A DNA stretch of 44,567 nucleotides from Candidatus Mailhella excrementigallinarum (GCA_019113085.1 DXIB01000239.1:1-44567), one strand, 5' to 3'; counted from the first letter of the stretch, positions 26,990 to 36,399 are shown. The notes: generated by a model from the sequence alone, not told the origin. A program made the numbers and translations.

Positions 26990-27031
26990 CATGCCACAGT
27001 TACTTATTTTTGGCTATAAAAATGTAAATTT
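26990..27031 (-). promoter_or_regulatory. Putative late promoter, copy 1 (upstream of head operon)
   Basis: Minus strand TAGCCAAAAAT-N6-CTGTGGCATG, shared with 10735-10776. Confidence 0.65.
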
Positions 27032-27128
27032 CAGATATACTGTATATTCATAATTACCTTATAGTCTCCCCCTCCGGATAAAAAAGCAAAATGTGAAAGA
27101 TTTGAGACTTGTTCCGGAAATAGGGCCG

Positions 27129-27731
27129 TCAGCCCCCATGGGAGGTCTCCACGTGCCTGAATGTTATAGCCCATACCCAGGGGTTCTCGTTCCAGCCAAG
27201 GCCGCGTTCGGCATAGATATCGTTCCACATGTCGCGGAATACTGTTTTTGGAGAAAGGCCATATGTCCCCATAATGGGATCGACAACGCCTTCTTTGATC
27301 GCTTCATCTGCCGTGATGTCCTGCACCCGTTCCACGTTGATGTCGGTGATTTCCAGCCTAATACGAGAGAGATAGCGCGGCATGTGAATAGAAGGCGTCC
27401 ATTTTTGGCGTTCACCGCTCACATCCTCAGGATTATCACCCTCGTCCGCGCGGTAGGCCACGCCGAAGTATGGCGGTTCCCCCAGAGCAAAAGTCTCCCG
27501 GACCCACAACCGGTCTCCGGGCTGGCCGCAGGGACAACGGAATATATGAGCGGGTAATTCCGCTCCACATGCCCAGAAGTGAACCTGACCATCATGAATT
27601 TCACGCCGCAAGCCGTCGAACGCATCAGGATAGACAGGAATGGGCTTCACCGGCCGCCGCGTCTGCGTCTTTTCCCCGCGCAAAATGGCCCGCACCATGT
27701 CGCCGTTGAAGAGTATGGGGCGTTCAGTCAT
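27129..27731 (-). CDS. Phage ASCH/PUA-like conserved protein
   Basis: ERPILFNGDMVRAILRGEKTQTRR, GDRLWVRETF, WTPSIHMPR, NPWVWAITF. Confidence 0.8.
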   Translation of the reverse strand: MTERPILFNGDMVRAILRGEKTQTRRPVKPIPVYPDAFDGLRREIHDGQVHFWACGAELPAHIFRCPCGQPGDRLWVRETFALGEPPYFGVAYRADEGDNPEDVSGERQKWTPSIHMPRYLSRIRLEITDINVERVQDITADEAIKEGVVDPIMGTYGLSPKTVFRDMWNDIYAERGLGWNENPWVWAITFRHVETSHGG

Positions 27732-28395
27732 GGTTCGCCTCCACAGCTTTGCGTGCTGCTTCGCGCCAGCATTTCCGGCAATCATAGTCATACGGACATG
27801 CATCGCAGTAAAAACCTCCCCTCATTTCCCTGAGAGGATGGTATTCTGCTTCTGGTTTCTTCCAGCAATTTTCAGCCAGCCAGTCCGCTTCTTTTTCAAG
27901 ACGTTCCAGCGTGGCTTTTACAGCTTGGTCGGCCTCGTCACAGTCGTCGACGTGCCCGGAGCCTCCGCACCAAGGACAGTTCAGGTGATCAAACATGGCG
28001 CACGCTTCTTCCTCGGTCATGCGGGTGTGGCCGGGCAACGGAGACGGGATTTCACCGCCCCATGCGAGTGCTGCGGTTTGGTATGCCTCCTGAACCATGC
28101 CGCGCTGGATTCCCACGCTCTTCCTGAGCTTTTCGTTTTCCGTCCGCAGGCGCAGGATTTCATCGATATCGGCCATGACCACATCGGGAGAGTTGGCGGC
28201 GATGTGGGCGAAGTTGTAACAGGTTGTAGGATAGCTTACTCCGATAGGTTCAGCTGCTATATAGCCCATGCTTGCGATTATGGTTTCTTGCTTTAGGAAA
28301 ACAGAGGTTCCCGGCTTCCACGGCCCCGGCGTCGCCTTCTCGGCAAGCGCCCGGCGGGCAAGCAGGGATTCGGTTGTGCGGTCATTCTTCATCAT
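27724..28395 (-). CDS. Ead/Ea22-like phage protein
   Basis: LAEKATPGPW...HIAANSP.V...IDEI motif plus Cys clusters. Confidence 0.7.
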   Translation of the reverse strand: MMKNDRTTESLLARRALAEKATPGPWKPGTSVFLKQETIIASMGYIAAEPIGVSYPTTCYNFAHIAANSPDVVMADIDEILRLRTENEKLRKSVGIQRGMVQEAYQTAALAWGGEIPSPLPGHTRMTEEEACAMFDHLNCPWCGGSGHVDDCDEADQAVKATLERLEKEADWLAENCWKKPEAEYHPLREMRGGFYCDACPYDYDCRKCWREAARKAVEANHD

Positions 28396-28406
28396 ATCTT
28401 TTACTC

Positions 28407-28661
28407 CTAATCCTCTGGCGTTCCCTTATCTTTCTGGACGCAGGTCACTGCATCAAACCCTGCCTTGAAAACCTTCACCTCACCGGCATGCCCGCATTTG
28501 GGGCATGTAAAAACATCCCTCCCCGGCAACATGAGTGATAATGCCAGTAAAGGCATGGCCAGCACCAACCACACCGATGCCCCGTGCCACACAAGCCAGC
28601 CAATCCAGCCGACACAAGCGATAGCGGCAAGGTCGATAACAAGACAAAACAGGTATGGCAT
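28407..28661 (-). CDS. Small membrane protein with CPKC zinc-ribbon motif
   Basis: Two hydrophobic helices followed by FTCPKCGH; TAATG overlap with the upstream gene. Confidence 0.6.
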   Translation of the reverse strand: MPYLFCLVIDLAAIACVGWIGWLVWHGASVWLVLAMPLLALSLMLPGRDVFTCPKCGHAGEVKVFKAGFDAVTCVQKDKGTPED

Positions 28662-28996
28662 TACTCCTCCGGCTCCGGGATAGGCCCGGCCCATTCTCTG
28701 TAGGGCTGAGGTTCATACTCTGTCATATCGCAACCCACATCCACGATATGGATTCTCTTTCCATAATCGCGTACCCAGTACCATCCCGGCTCTTTCGGCG
28801 GCTCCTTCGACCAGCGCAGGCGGCGCGGAAGGGCGTTCCATGCTTTTATGGCTTTATCAGGGGACAGGAGTCGCGTCCCCCGCATAAAACAGTCCCAGCA
28901 CCCAACCTGATAAAAACCATCCTTCACAGGGTATACTTCTAAAGTATCCCCAGGCGTCCCACACAGCGGGCACGGCTTCAGCTTTTCAGACGACAT
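28661..28996 (-). CDS. Lar-family restriction alleviation-like protein
   Basis: LKPCPLCG...VGCWDC...AIKAWN motif; start refined to ATG 28996. Confidence 0.75.
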   Translation of the reverse strand: MSSEKLKPCPLCGTPGDTLEVYPVKDGFYQVGCWDCFMRGTRLLSPDKAIKAWNALPRRLRWSKEPPKEPGWYWVRDYGKRIHIVDVGCDMTEYEPQPYREWAGPIPEPEE

Positions 28997-29012
28997 GCTT
29001 TCTCTCCTTGAA

Positions 29013-29573
29013 TTACGGATTGACCGAGAAGAACGCCTTGGCAAAACCTTTCGGCGTTTCACTCCGGATATTTTTGGTTGCCATGCTTTTGCCACCATAT
29101 TTTGCCCACATTTTACTACCTTCGGTCGGAGTAACAGCCTGTATCCTGCCCACAAGCAAGGGCAACGGAGGTGTAAAACTGCCCCAGAGGCATGTCCGCT
29201 TGGTGTACGGATCGCCATAATCGCACGGCTGAAAGTACATGCGAGGTCTGCCCAGATAGCGCACGAGCTTGCCCACGGGATTTTCCAGTGCCCACCATAC
29301 AGGACGACATGCCCATATCAGACGGATACAGGCATCCACAACGCTCAACGCCTCGCGCATGTCGTCATCACTCCGTTTCCATCTGGCCCCGGAAGAGGCA
29401 AAACAGGTGCAGGGAGGGGCGGCGAGAATGCCATGCACGTTGTCCATGCGCTTCAGCAGCCTCACATCGCGACCGTCTGTCTGAATGTCTATCCGGATTA
29501 CGTCATAGCCCGCCTCTTCATAAGGTTGACTCCATGTGCCGGAATAGTCGCAGAGAGACAGGATACGGCGCAT
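29013..29573 (-). CDS. Short DNA cytosine methyltransferase-like protein
   Basis: ILSLCDYSG, AAPPCT (PC motif) and LENPVG (EN motif); no long target-recognition domain. Confidence 0.78.
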   Translation of the reverse strand: MRRILSLCDYSGTWSQPYEEAGYDVIRIDIQTDGRDVRLLKRMDNVHGILAAPPCTCFASSGARWKRSDDDMREALSVVDACIRLIWACRPVWWALENPVGKLVRYLGRPRMYFQPCDYGDPYTKRTCLWGSFTPPLPLLVGRIQAVTPTEGSKMWAKYGGKSMATKNIRSETPKGFAKAFFSVNP

Positions 29574-29621
29574 GTTTTCACCCCTCCTCGCGCGTTGTGT
29601 CTGGTCACGCTTGATCTGGAA

Positions 29622-31499
29622 TTATCCAAACAAACCCTGTCCATTGAACATGCCGTTGACGCGCACTTCCGGAGTTTCCGCTGTTCCCGCCGTCAGCTGG
29701 GCAAGGCTCGGCTTCCACTGCCACCATGCCATGGCGGCATGCAGCACCAGGCAGTCCAGATAATGGTTATCCCTGAATTTCTTCCAGCTTTCGCTGCCGT
29801 CTTTGCCCTGCACCAGTCGCTCGGATGCGATCTGCTTCAGATAGCCTTCATCGGTCTGCCCGTGGAAGGTGATGGGCTCATCTTCGCAGCCCTCTTCGAG
29901 CGCCCAGAAGGCGTAGCGCTTGAACGAATCCGTATCGATGAAATGCAAATTGAAGCCGCTGCGGATTTTGCGCCCGTCCGGGAGCTGGTCCTTGGAACGG
30001 CGGTCCACCAGCTGTCCCGGCGTCTTGCGGCTCATGCCCTTGGTTCCGAACACCACTCCCGGCCGCTGGCGCAGCAGCCACTCATAGGCCTGCATGGTCC
30101 GGGTGTCCTCATAGGGCTTGTCCCTGCCGCCGCCGGTATCCAGCGCCGCGCGCCACGGTGCCATGACGCGCCCGTCCTGTCTGGCATAGCGCGAGTCAAA
30201 CACCACCTGCGTCACCTCCTCCCAGCGTTCCACGCGGCCATAGTCCAGGATATGCAGCCGCGTGGGCGAAAGGCCATGCGCGGCAACAGACCAGTAAAAA
30301 TGGTCCAGCTGCACGTCGATGGCGCAGGTGACGGCCAGCGCCCAGTCCGGCACGATGCCCTGCGGCAACTCGGCATTGATGCGCCGGGCAAGACGCTGAT
30401 GATCCATTTCCACCTGCACGAACCTGTACGGCTTGGCGCAACGGTTATTGTCAAAGAGCTGGAGCAGACGCGGATTGCCCTGGGCCTCGAACCAGTCCGC
30501 CAGCACGTCGCTCATGCTCACCAGCGGGCTTTCCCACGAGCGAAAATGGTACGCCACAATGGTCGCGCCGTGATAATCGTCAGGCGTTGGTACTTCGCCG
30601 TCGGGCGTCATATCGTCCGCCCAGTGCCCGGCCCGGATGGCCGCGTTGCGCATGTGGTCGTTCCAGAGATAGCCGCAGGCCTCGCACTTGTAGCGCGCCA
30701 GCTTTTCCTGCCGGATGCGCTTGGAGTCGTGCGTGCCGTCAATGGCCACGATATTGTCATGCTCCATGATCTGGGCCTTGCCGCAGGCCGGACACACCGC
30801 CACATAGCGCATCCACGCCTGCGCCTGCCGCTTGGCGTCCGTCCAGGTCACACTCTGCTCTTCCGTGCCCTTCGGGCGGCAAGCGATGAATATTTTTGAT
30901 AGCTCCAGCGCGTGATAAGCGTCGGCTCGCTCCTGCATGGTGTTCAACGCCGCCGGATCAGCGTAGGCGTCAGGTTCATCGGCCAGGACATAGGGCATTG
31001 GCTTTGACCGCATACTGCCTTCACTGCCCGCCCACATGCCCATGATACGGCTTCCGTCCGCCAGCAGTATTTCACGGCTCTGGAGCGCGTTCGGATCGGG
31101 CAGCAGCATCTTCTTCAAGGCGGGATTTGCCTGAAAATACTTGTGCAGCTTGGCCTGGAACGTCGCTTCCACAGCCTCCTTGTCCGGCATGCCGATGCCC
31201 CAGTTGTCCGGTCGTGAGTGCTGGGCGGAAAAAAAACAGATAAAACAGATTGTGGTCTTCCCGCTCTGCGATGGGGCCAGGAAATACAGCTTGCGCACAT
31301 GCGGATCGTCAAACGCTTTCATGATGCCGCGCGCGTGCGGCGTGGTGTCCGGACTCCACAGATGGCCGCGCAGAGGGCCTTCCGTCATGCGGATATTTTT
31401 GGTGGCCCAGTCCCATGTATTCTGCCGCGGCCGCGCCCGGAACGCCCTGCATTCAACCTCGACAAACGTAATCGGCGGGATGTTTGGATTATGCGACAT
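29622..31499 (-). CDS. Terminase large subunit (lambda gpA family)
   Basis: Walker A PSQSGKT, Walker B VLADEPD, CPACG zinc site, AIDVQ, NHYLDC. Confidence 0.95.
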   Translation of the reverse strand: MSHNPNIPPITFVEVECRAFRARPRQNTWDWATKNIRMTEGPLRGHLWSPDTTPHARGIMKAFDDPHVRKLYFLAPSQSGKTTICFICFFSAQHSRPDNWGIGMPDKEAVEATFQAKLHKYFQANPALKKMLLPDPNALQSREILLADGSRIMGMWAGSEGSMRSKPMPYVLADEPDAYADPAALNTMQERADAYHALELSKIFIACRPKGTEEQSVTWTDAKRQAQAWMRYVAVCPACGKAQIMEHDNIVAIDGTHDSKRIRQEKLARYKCEACGYLWNDHMRNAAIRAGHWADDMTPDGEVPTPDDYHGATIVAYHFRSWESPLVSMSDVLADWFEAQGNPRLLQLFDNNRCAKPYRFVQVEMDHQRLARRINAELPQGIVPDWALAVTCAIDVQLDHFYWSVAAHGLSPTRLHILDYGRVERWEEVTQVVFDSRYARQDGRVMAPWRAALDTGGGRDKPYEDTRTMQAYEWLLRQRPGVVFGTKGMSRKTPGQLVDRRSKDQLPDGRKIRSGFNLHFIDTDSFKRYAFWALEEGCEDEPITFHGQTDEGYLKQIASERLVQGKDGSESWKKFRDNHYLDCLVLHAAMAWWQWKPSLAQLTAGTAETPEVRVNGMFNGQGLFG

Positions 31500-32196
31500 T
31501 GCCGGCCTCCATTTCACCCGTTACAGGCTCTTCATCTTGTGTCTGGTACTTTTTCCATGCATTTTCCATGTCTTCGGTCCACCATGCGCCCGTAGAGTAG
31601 GGGTCAAGAAAGGCATCGATGCGTTCCGCCCAGAACCGCGGGAAAGCTGATGCCCGGGACAGAGCAAAATCAACGATCACTGCGGCAGCCCTGTCCTGTG
31701 CCTCTCCTTCCAGTCCTATGCGCCGCGCAAGTTCTTTCGCTTCGCGCAGATGCCCGCCGAAAATGCCGGCCACCGCTTCGGCCTGTTCCAGCCCAAAGCG
31801 TTCCAGCCCCAGCCGGAACGCCTTTGCCCGTTCGCCCAGTTCGGCCTCAACTGTGGCGGTTTCCGTGAGCATTCCGCGTTCACGCTCGTATTTCAGCTTC
31901 GCCTGTTTCGCCTGTATTTCCAGCAGTTCGGCCTGACTGTTCAATTTGCGGTCTGCCGCGCCGCCCTCGCTCTCTTCCGGCAGTATGGGACGATCCATAC
32001 TTTCACCCTCAACTATGCGCCGGGAAAGATATGCCTGCGCAAATTTCAGCGCCGCGGCCTGTGTCCAGCCTCCGCCGCGTCTCTTTGTCAGTTCGTTCCG
32101 GCTTTCGGCAGCCTGCAGACGTTTGTATGAACAGGAATATCCCTGTTCTTTCAGGTAGTTCCAGACCTGATTGAGATTTCCCAGTATCTCGGACAT
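31489..32196 (-). CDS. Putative terminase small subunit
   Basis: Directly upstream of terL; HTH-like N-terminus and coiled coil AKLKYERERGML. Confidence 0.7.
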   Translation of the reverse strand: MSEILGNLNQVWNYLKEQGYSCSYKRLQAAESRNELTKRRGGGWTQAAALKFAQAYLSRRIVEGESMDRPILPEESEGGAADRKLNSQAELLEIQAKQAKLKYERERGMLTETATVEAELGERAKAFRLGLERFGLEQAEAVAGIFGGHLREAKELARRIGLEGEAQDRAAAVIVDFALSRASAFPRFWAERIDAFLDPYSTGAWWTEDMENAWKKYQTQDEEPVTGEMEAGNVA

Positions 32197-32199
32197 GAA

Positions 32200-32418
32200 C
32201 TACTCCATCAGCATTTCAAGAAATTGCGGTTTGAACTTCCGGCAGCGCGCCAGCAGCTCGCTACGCTGTCCGGCAGGCACCTTCCTGATGCCGTGAAGCA
32301 CAACCTTTGGATTCCCCCACTGATCCCGGCCCAGGGTCTGATGTATGCCCAGTGCATACAGATCGCCCACCAGCGTGACAAACGGCTCATCGTAGATCCA
32401 TCGCTTGTATTTTTTCAT
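32200..32418 (-). CDS. Small hypothetical protein
   Basis: 72 aa, TGATG-coupled to the primase gene. Confidence 0.65.
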   Translation of the reverse strand: MKKYKRWIYDEPFVTLVGDLYALGIHQTLGRDQWGNPKVVLHGIRKVPAGQRSELLARCRKFKPQFLEMLME

Positions 32419-33635
32419 CAGAATTGCTCCACATCATTGGCCACATGCCGGGCGTGTTCTTCGCACAGATTTACCATGGCATCCGGCAGGGCCGAGGAAA
32501 GCCACTCCCATGCGCTGATTCCGCTTCCCCATATGTTCCCCGCATCCTTGCCGATGCAGGAGGGGATCGGCCAGCGGATCACCCCCTTCATGTCCCGTTC
32601 CCATACAAATCTGGCGTTGTCGCCCCAGTGGCCCTGGGCGGCGCATGCTCCGGCCACGTCACCGTCCAGAGCGTTGATGACCAGTTCGGCGCCCGCAAGC
32701 AGAGTAAACGCCGGAGCATCCGGCGCCAGACGCGCCGTGCCCACTGCCATGGCTCCTACGCCATACTGCGCCAGTTCCTGCCACAGCAGCATTCCGTCAC
32801 GCTCGGTTTCAACAACAACCCATATGCGGGCATCCGCCGCGCCCCACACGCCGTAACAGTTCGGCGAACCGCCCTTGATGGCCTTGTATCTGGGGTCGCC
32901 TTCTCCGGGATTTTCCAGGCGTATCTTAGCACGCAGCAGCTTATCACCCCGAAAAACAGGGAACACGAACCCGACAGGCAGATGGATACATCTGGGACGC
33001 CCCTTGGAGTTCAGTTCGTCCGGAAGCCCCCACCCTTTCTGTGCGCGAAACTCTTCCTGCGGGTTCCAGCCTATGCGCAGACGCCCGGCCGTGTCGCCGC
33101 GGATTCCCCAGCGGCGGTAAAGTTCCTTTTTCAGCGATTCATCACCCTGTAAGACGCCGACGCTTTCCATGACGAACTTTGTAGCGTGTTCCCGCCACGT
33201 TTCAGAGGGCATGATGATGCTCTGGGCGTTCCATGACCCTTTCTCCTGTACCTCTTCCCTGCCGCTCATGCCGCAGGGCGTTCCGTCTCCGGGGCGCGAA
33301 GCGCCAACCGGCGATTTTTCACTTTTTCCGCCCGGCCGGCGCAACTTCTCGGGTGCATACTCGGCCCAGAATGCCCTGAATGCCTCCGGATCGTCTGTCG
33401 CATACCCCCTGGCAATGGCGTAGATGTCAATCAGGTCGCCATGCTGCTGACAGCCGTAGCAGTAGCCCAGATCTTCCTCGGCGTTGTACCAGAACGCTCC
33501 TCCCGGCGTGGATTCCTTGTGAAAAGGACAGTGCGCGCCGATCTTCGTCTCATTACGGTCATCACAGCCCTCAAGCAGCTGCCGTGCGATGGATTCGCGT
33601 TCATACAAGCTCAATCTTTCAAGTGCAGCACCCAT
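32418..33635 (-). CDS. CHC2 zinc-finger / Toprim DNA primase-like protein
   Basis: HCPFHKESTP...CYGC; VVVETERDG; ALDGDVAG; GKDAG. Confidence 0.85.
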   Translation of the reverse strand: MGAALERLSLYERESIARQLLEGCDDRNETKIGAHCPFHKESTPGGAFWYNAEEDLGYCYGCQQHGDLIDIYAIARGYATDDPEAFRAFWAEYAPEKLRRPGGKSEKSPVGASRPGDGTPCGMSGREEVQEKGSWNAQSIIMPSETWREHATKFVMESVGVLQGDESLKKELYRRWGIRGDTAGRLRIGWNPQEEFRAQKGWGLPDELNSKGRPRCIHLPVGFVFPVFRGDKLLRAKIRLENPGEGDPRYKAIKGGSPNCYGVWGAADARIWVVVETERDGMLLWQELAQYGVGAMAVGTARLAPDAPAFTLLAGAELVINALDGDVAGACAAQGHWGDNARFVWERDMKGVIRWPIPSCIGKDAGNIWGSGISAWEWLSSALPDAMVNLCEEHARHVANDVEQF

Positions 33636-33645
33636 AAGCCCCCCC

Positions 33646-33920
33646 TAGAGATACCTTGAGACACTTGGAGACACTTTAAATTTATATAAAAAACTAATGA
33701 AATCATATAAAAAGAGATACCATAGACACTTTTCACTATAAAATGGATGACGAAAAATTATCATACCTATTTCGAAATTATTAAATCCGCCTTGTATTAC
33801 GCGCGCACGCCCGAAAAGTGTCTCAAGTATCTCATGATGACATTTGTCCCTAGAGCCACAATCTTTTCCGCCCGCGACCCTTGAAGAAAAGACTCTCTCA
33901 AGAGTCTCAACGTGTCTCTT
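33646..33920. repeat. Putative replication origin: convergent GAGA(C/T)AC iterons around an AT-rich core
   Basis: Forward copies at 33648, 33658, 33668, 33714, 33723 (variant); reverse copies at 33818, 33827, 33902 (variant), 33912. Confidence 0.7.
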
Positions 33921-33931
33921 TCTATGTGCAA

Positions 33932-35764
33932 TCATGAGATATTTTCCCATTCTGACTTAAGTGTGAGCCCAGAATAATAGATCCTGTTTCGTGATATGCG
34001 ACGATATCTTTTTTGCAGTTCCGTCCCGAAACGGGTCAGACTCATAAGTCTACTTTCAGGTGTTCCCAACTCTTCCATGCAGTATTTCTTGAAAGCCGCA
34101 TACAGGTATTTTGCCTGCGTTTCCTCGTCAGGAGCCTCATTGCAGCAGGCGTCAAGGAACTGTTTGAGCAAATCCTGCTCGTCAAAATATTCCTTCGTGA
34201 ACTGAGAGACGGATGAAGGCGTGGAATAGTGCGTATTCCGCAGAAATTTCCAGGCGCAGCGCAATACCCATGCAAAGATGGCCGGGCCTTCTCTCTGCTG
34301 TATAATCCTGGCTTCCTGCTGATCCATGGCCGGATAGATGAAACGCTTTGGATCGGCTTCCTCCTGCCGGGTGAACTTCGCCATGAACGGGATAACCTTC
34401 AGCCGCAGCTGAAAGCCCGGATCGTAACCTGTGAGCTTGGGGATCGTATTGGTATGTAGCCAGAGCTTGACCTTGCTCTGTATAATTTTGCTGTCCATGT
34501 ACATCCCGCGGGCACGTACATCATCACCGCCAGTGATTGCCTTGATTTTTTCGATGCTGAACCGGGCTTTCTCGCCGGCTTCCGAGGCCAGGCCCATACG
34601 CAGGCCGTCAAGGACCATCATGTCTGGGTCCGGCCCCTTGCCGTCGCGCCCGTCATCCAGCAGCACATCCACCTTGATCGTCGTGGCGTAGTCGCCTACT
34701 ACAGATTTAATTGTGTTGAAGGTAAACGACTTGCCGTTGTCTGCCTGTGGGCCGTAGGCTACCCATATGTCCTTGTTGTACCGCTCGCCGGTGACGGAAT
34801 ACCCGACAATATGCTCAAAATATGTCACAAGCTCCTCATCTCCGCAGAAAATCTTGCGCAGATGTGACTCCCACCAGTTTGAGTATGTTCCCAGACCGAC
34901 ATAGGGCATGGGGCTGGCCTTGCGGAGATAATGACCGGGTGTCGAGCGAAAAAGCCTGCCGGTCTCCAGATCCACAAGTCCGTCTGCACAGGCCATCAGA
35001 AGCGGGTGCTGTTCCCATTCCTTGCCTGATATGCCAAGTGAGCCCTTACCCGTTGATGCAACCTTGAGAACATTCATAGCCCGGGTTCTGCCCCGCAGTT
35101 TGCGGGCCCGCTCCTGCAGGCGCTTTTTCTTCGCTCCTAGAGTTCCCGTCAGACGGGCGAGTTCTTTCTTTGCCTTGTCCAGCTCCCATCCCAGACTGAC
35201 GAGCTTCTCATCCTCTCTGTTCTGTCGTGCCGCATCCTGTTCGGCTTCCAGTTGTGCCAGTTTGGCTTCCGCCTTGATCTGTTCGTCTGCAAGCTGTTCC
35301 GCCAGCTTGTCGGCTGCGGCATCATACAGCTTGGCCAGTTCATCCATGGGCAGTTTTTCGGCCTGGGCTATACTGTCTTCTTCCCAAATTACTCCATTAA
35401 AATGCATCCATTTCTGTATGGTATGGTCAAAGACGAATTGACCGGCCTGTCTGGTTTGCAGCAGTTCTCCATCGCCCTGTTCATTGCGATCTTCATAACG
35501 CAGCATATCGGGCACTTCTGGCGCTGGAGCCGGCTTTTCCGGCGCCATATTCTTCCACAGGGCAAACCTGTGCGGTGTTTCTAACTCATGATTCAGACGC
35601 GGATTTTTGAACTTGGCATCCTGTTCAAGTTCTTTCTGCCACGTCATGCGCCTTTCCTCTTCAACTTGCGCCAGAATCACTTCTCGCAGCTTCGCGCGCA
35701 GTTTGGCCTTACCTTCCGGCGTTTTGTCTGCCCCCAGATCTTTCCAGTTGACATTTTCATTCAT
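33932..35764 (-). CDS. P4-family / D5-like SF3 primase-helicase
   Basis: D5_N-like region (NEQGDG, GLVDLETG), Walker A GPQADNGKS, KAITGGD...ARG, C-terminal winged helix. Confidence 0.92.
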   Translation of the reverse strand: MNENVNWKDLGADKTPEGKAKLRAKLREVILAQVEEERRMTWQKELEQDAKFKNPRLNHELETPHRFALWKNMAPEKPAPAPEVPDMLRYEDRNEQGDGELLQTRQAGQFVFDHTIQKWMHFNGVIWEEDSIAQAEKLPMDELAKLYDAAADKLAEQLADEQIKAEAKLAQLEAEQDAARQNREDEKLVSLGWELDKAKKELARLTGTLGAKKKRLQERARKLRGRTRAMNVLKVASTGKGSLGISGKEWEQHPLLMACADGLVDLETGRLFRSTPGHYLRKASPMPYVGLGTYSNWWESHLRKIFCGDEELVTYFEHIVGYSVTGERYNKDIWVAYGPQADNGKSFTFNTIKSVVGDYATTIKVDVLLDDGRDGKGPDPDMMVLDGLRMGLASEAGEKARFSIEKIKAITGGDDVRARGMYMDSKIIQSKVKLWLHTNTIPKLTGYDPGFQLRLKVIPFMAKFTRQEEADPKRFIYPAMDQQEARIIQQREGPAIFAWVLRCAWKFLRNTHYSTPSSVSQFTKEYFDEQDLLKQFLDACCNEAPDEETQAKYLYAAFKKYCMEELGTPESRLMSLTRFGTELQKRYRRISRNRIYYSGLTLKSEWENIS

Positions 35765-36078
35765 ACGACCCCCGACTCTGCTGCTTCTGCCCGCATTCTG
35801 AGTACGGCTTTTGGCATAACCTTTTAGCCTTACTCATGATTTTGCTTTTTTGCCTTTTATGATTTTTCACCCTCTGCATATCCAATGCGCTGTTTTAGAC
35901 CCCTGCGTTACAGCGCATCAGGAGGACCCGCAGGACGATAGTCATGCGATTAGATAGTTTGGAGCATTTTTATAAAGGAGGGAGGAGGGGAGGAGGCGGG
36001 GGAAATGCCGCCTGCACAGAGTATTTCCTGATCGGATGCATCCGCGTTGCGGATGCATCAAAAATGATGCCTTAAAAA

Positions 36079-36102
36079 GGTGTACACAATCGGTGTACAC
36101 AA
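36079..36102. repeat. Direct repeat GGTGTACACAA x2, probable integrase arm-type sites
   Basis: 11-bp direct repeat about 85 bp from the att core. Confidence 0.6.
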
Positions 36103-36183
36103 AAACTCCTGCGTATAGGCGCATATCTATGCCCTCAAATGCAGGCAGAGCCAAGGAAAATGAAGTATGGCAGGCGATGTCAA

Positions 36184-36231
36184 ACGGCTTTCACGCCGTC
36201 AACGGGGGTTCGAATCCCCCTGGGGACGCCA
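36184..36231 (+). other. att site: 3' fragment of tRNA-Glu(TTC), not an intact tRNA
   Basis: CTTTCAC anticodon loop, GGTTCGAATCC T-arm and GGGGACGCCA end present; no 5' GTCCCC acceptor strand or D-arm upstream. Confidence 0.88.
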
Positions 36232-36240
36232 AATGAAATC

Positions 36241-36271
36241 AAAGGGTTGCATAAAAATGCAGCCCTTTTTT
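36241..36271 (+). terminator. Intrinsic terminator after the tRNA fragment
   Basis: AAAGGGTTGCAT-AAAA-ATGCAGCCCTTTTTT. Confidence 0.75.
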
Positions 36272-36276
36272 CGTAT

Positions 36277-36308
36277 GTGGGGCAAATTTGCCCCACGCTC
36301 TGCCCCAC
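36277..36308. repeat. TGCCCCAC x3 (one inverted), probable arm sites of a second, older element
   Basis: GTGGGGCAAATTTGCCCCAC palindrome plus a direct copy at 36301. Confidence 0.55.
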
Positions 36309-36399
36309 AAATTTGGAAAATTTTGATAATTGTGTAGGATACAATTTATGGGTATCCTCTTTATCGCCAAAACTAACTCCTAAGATTCAAAGGAAAAAC

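Larger units (their letters stand above)
1..36231 (-). mobile_element. Lambdoid (siphovirus-type) prophage, right-hand portion; left end outside the window
   Basis: Contiguous minus-strand replication, terminase, portal, capsid, lysis and tail genes; bounded on the right by a tRNA-Glu 3' fragment with flanking arm-like repeats. Confidence 0.93.

Noticed and set aside
29182-29193. CCCCAGAGGCAT match to the B2 upstream box
   Set aside because: Lies antisense within the methyltransferase gene and lacks the second box; a short match compatible with chance.
28995-30899. 634-aa plus-strand ORF and other long plus-strand ORFs over phage genes (e.g. 1551-2291, 24017-25150)
   Set aside because: Antisense shadows of motif-bearing minus-strand genes in GC-rich DNA; no recognisable motifs.
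36150-36231. Intact tRNA-Glu gene
   Set aside because: 5' acceptor strand and D-arm are absent; only the 3' part from the anticodon arm is present.
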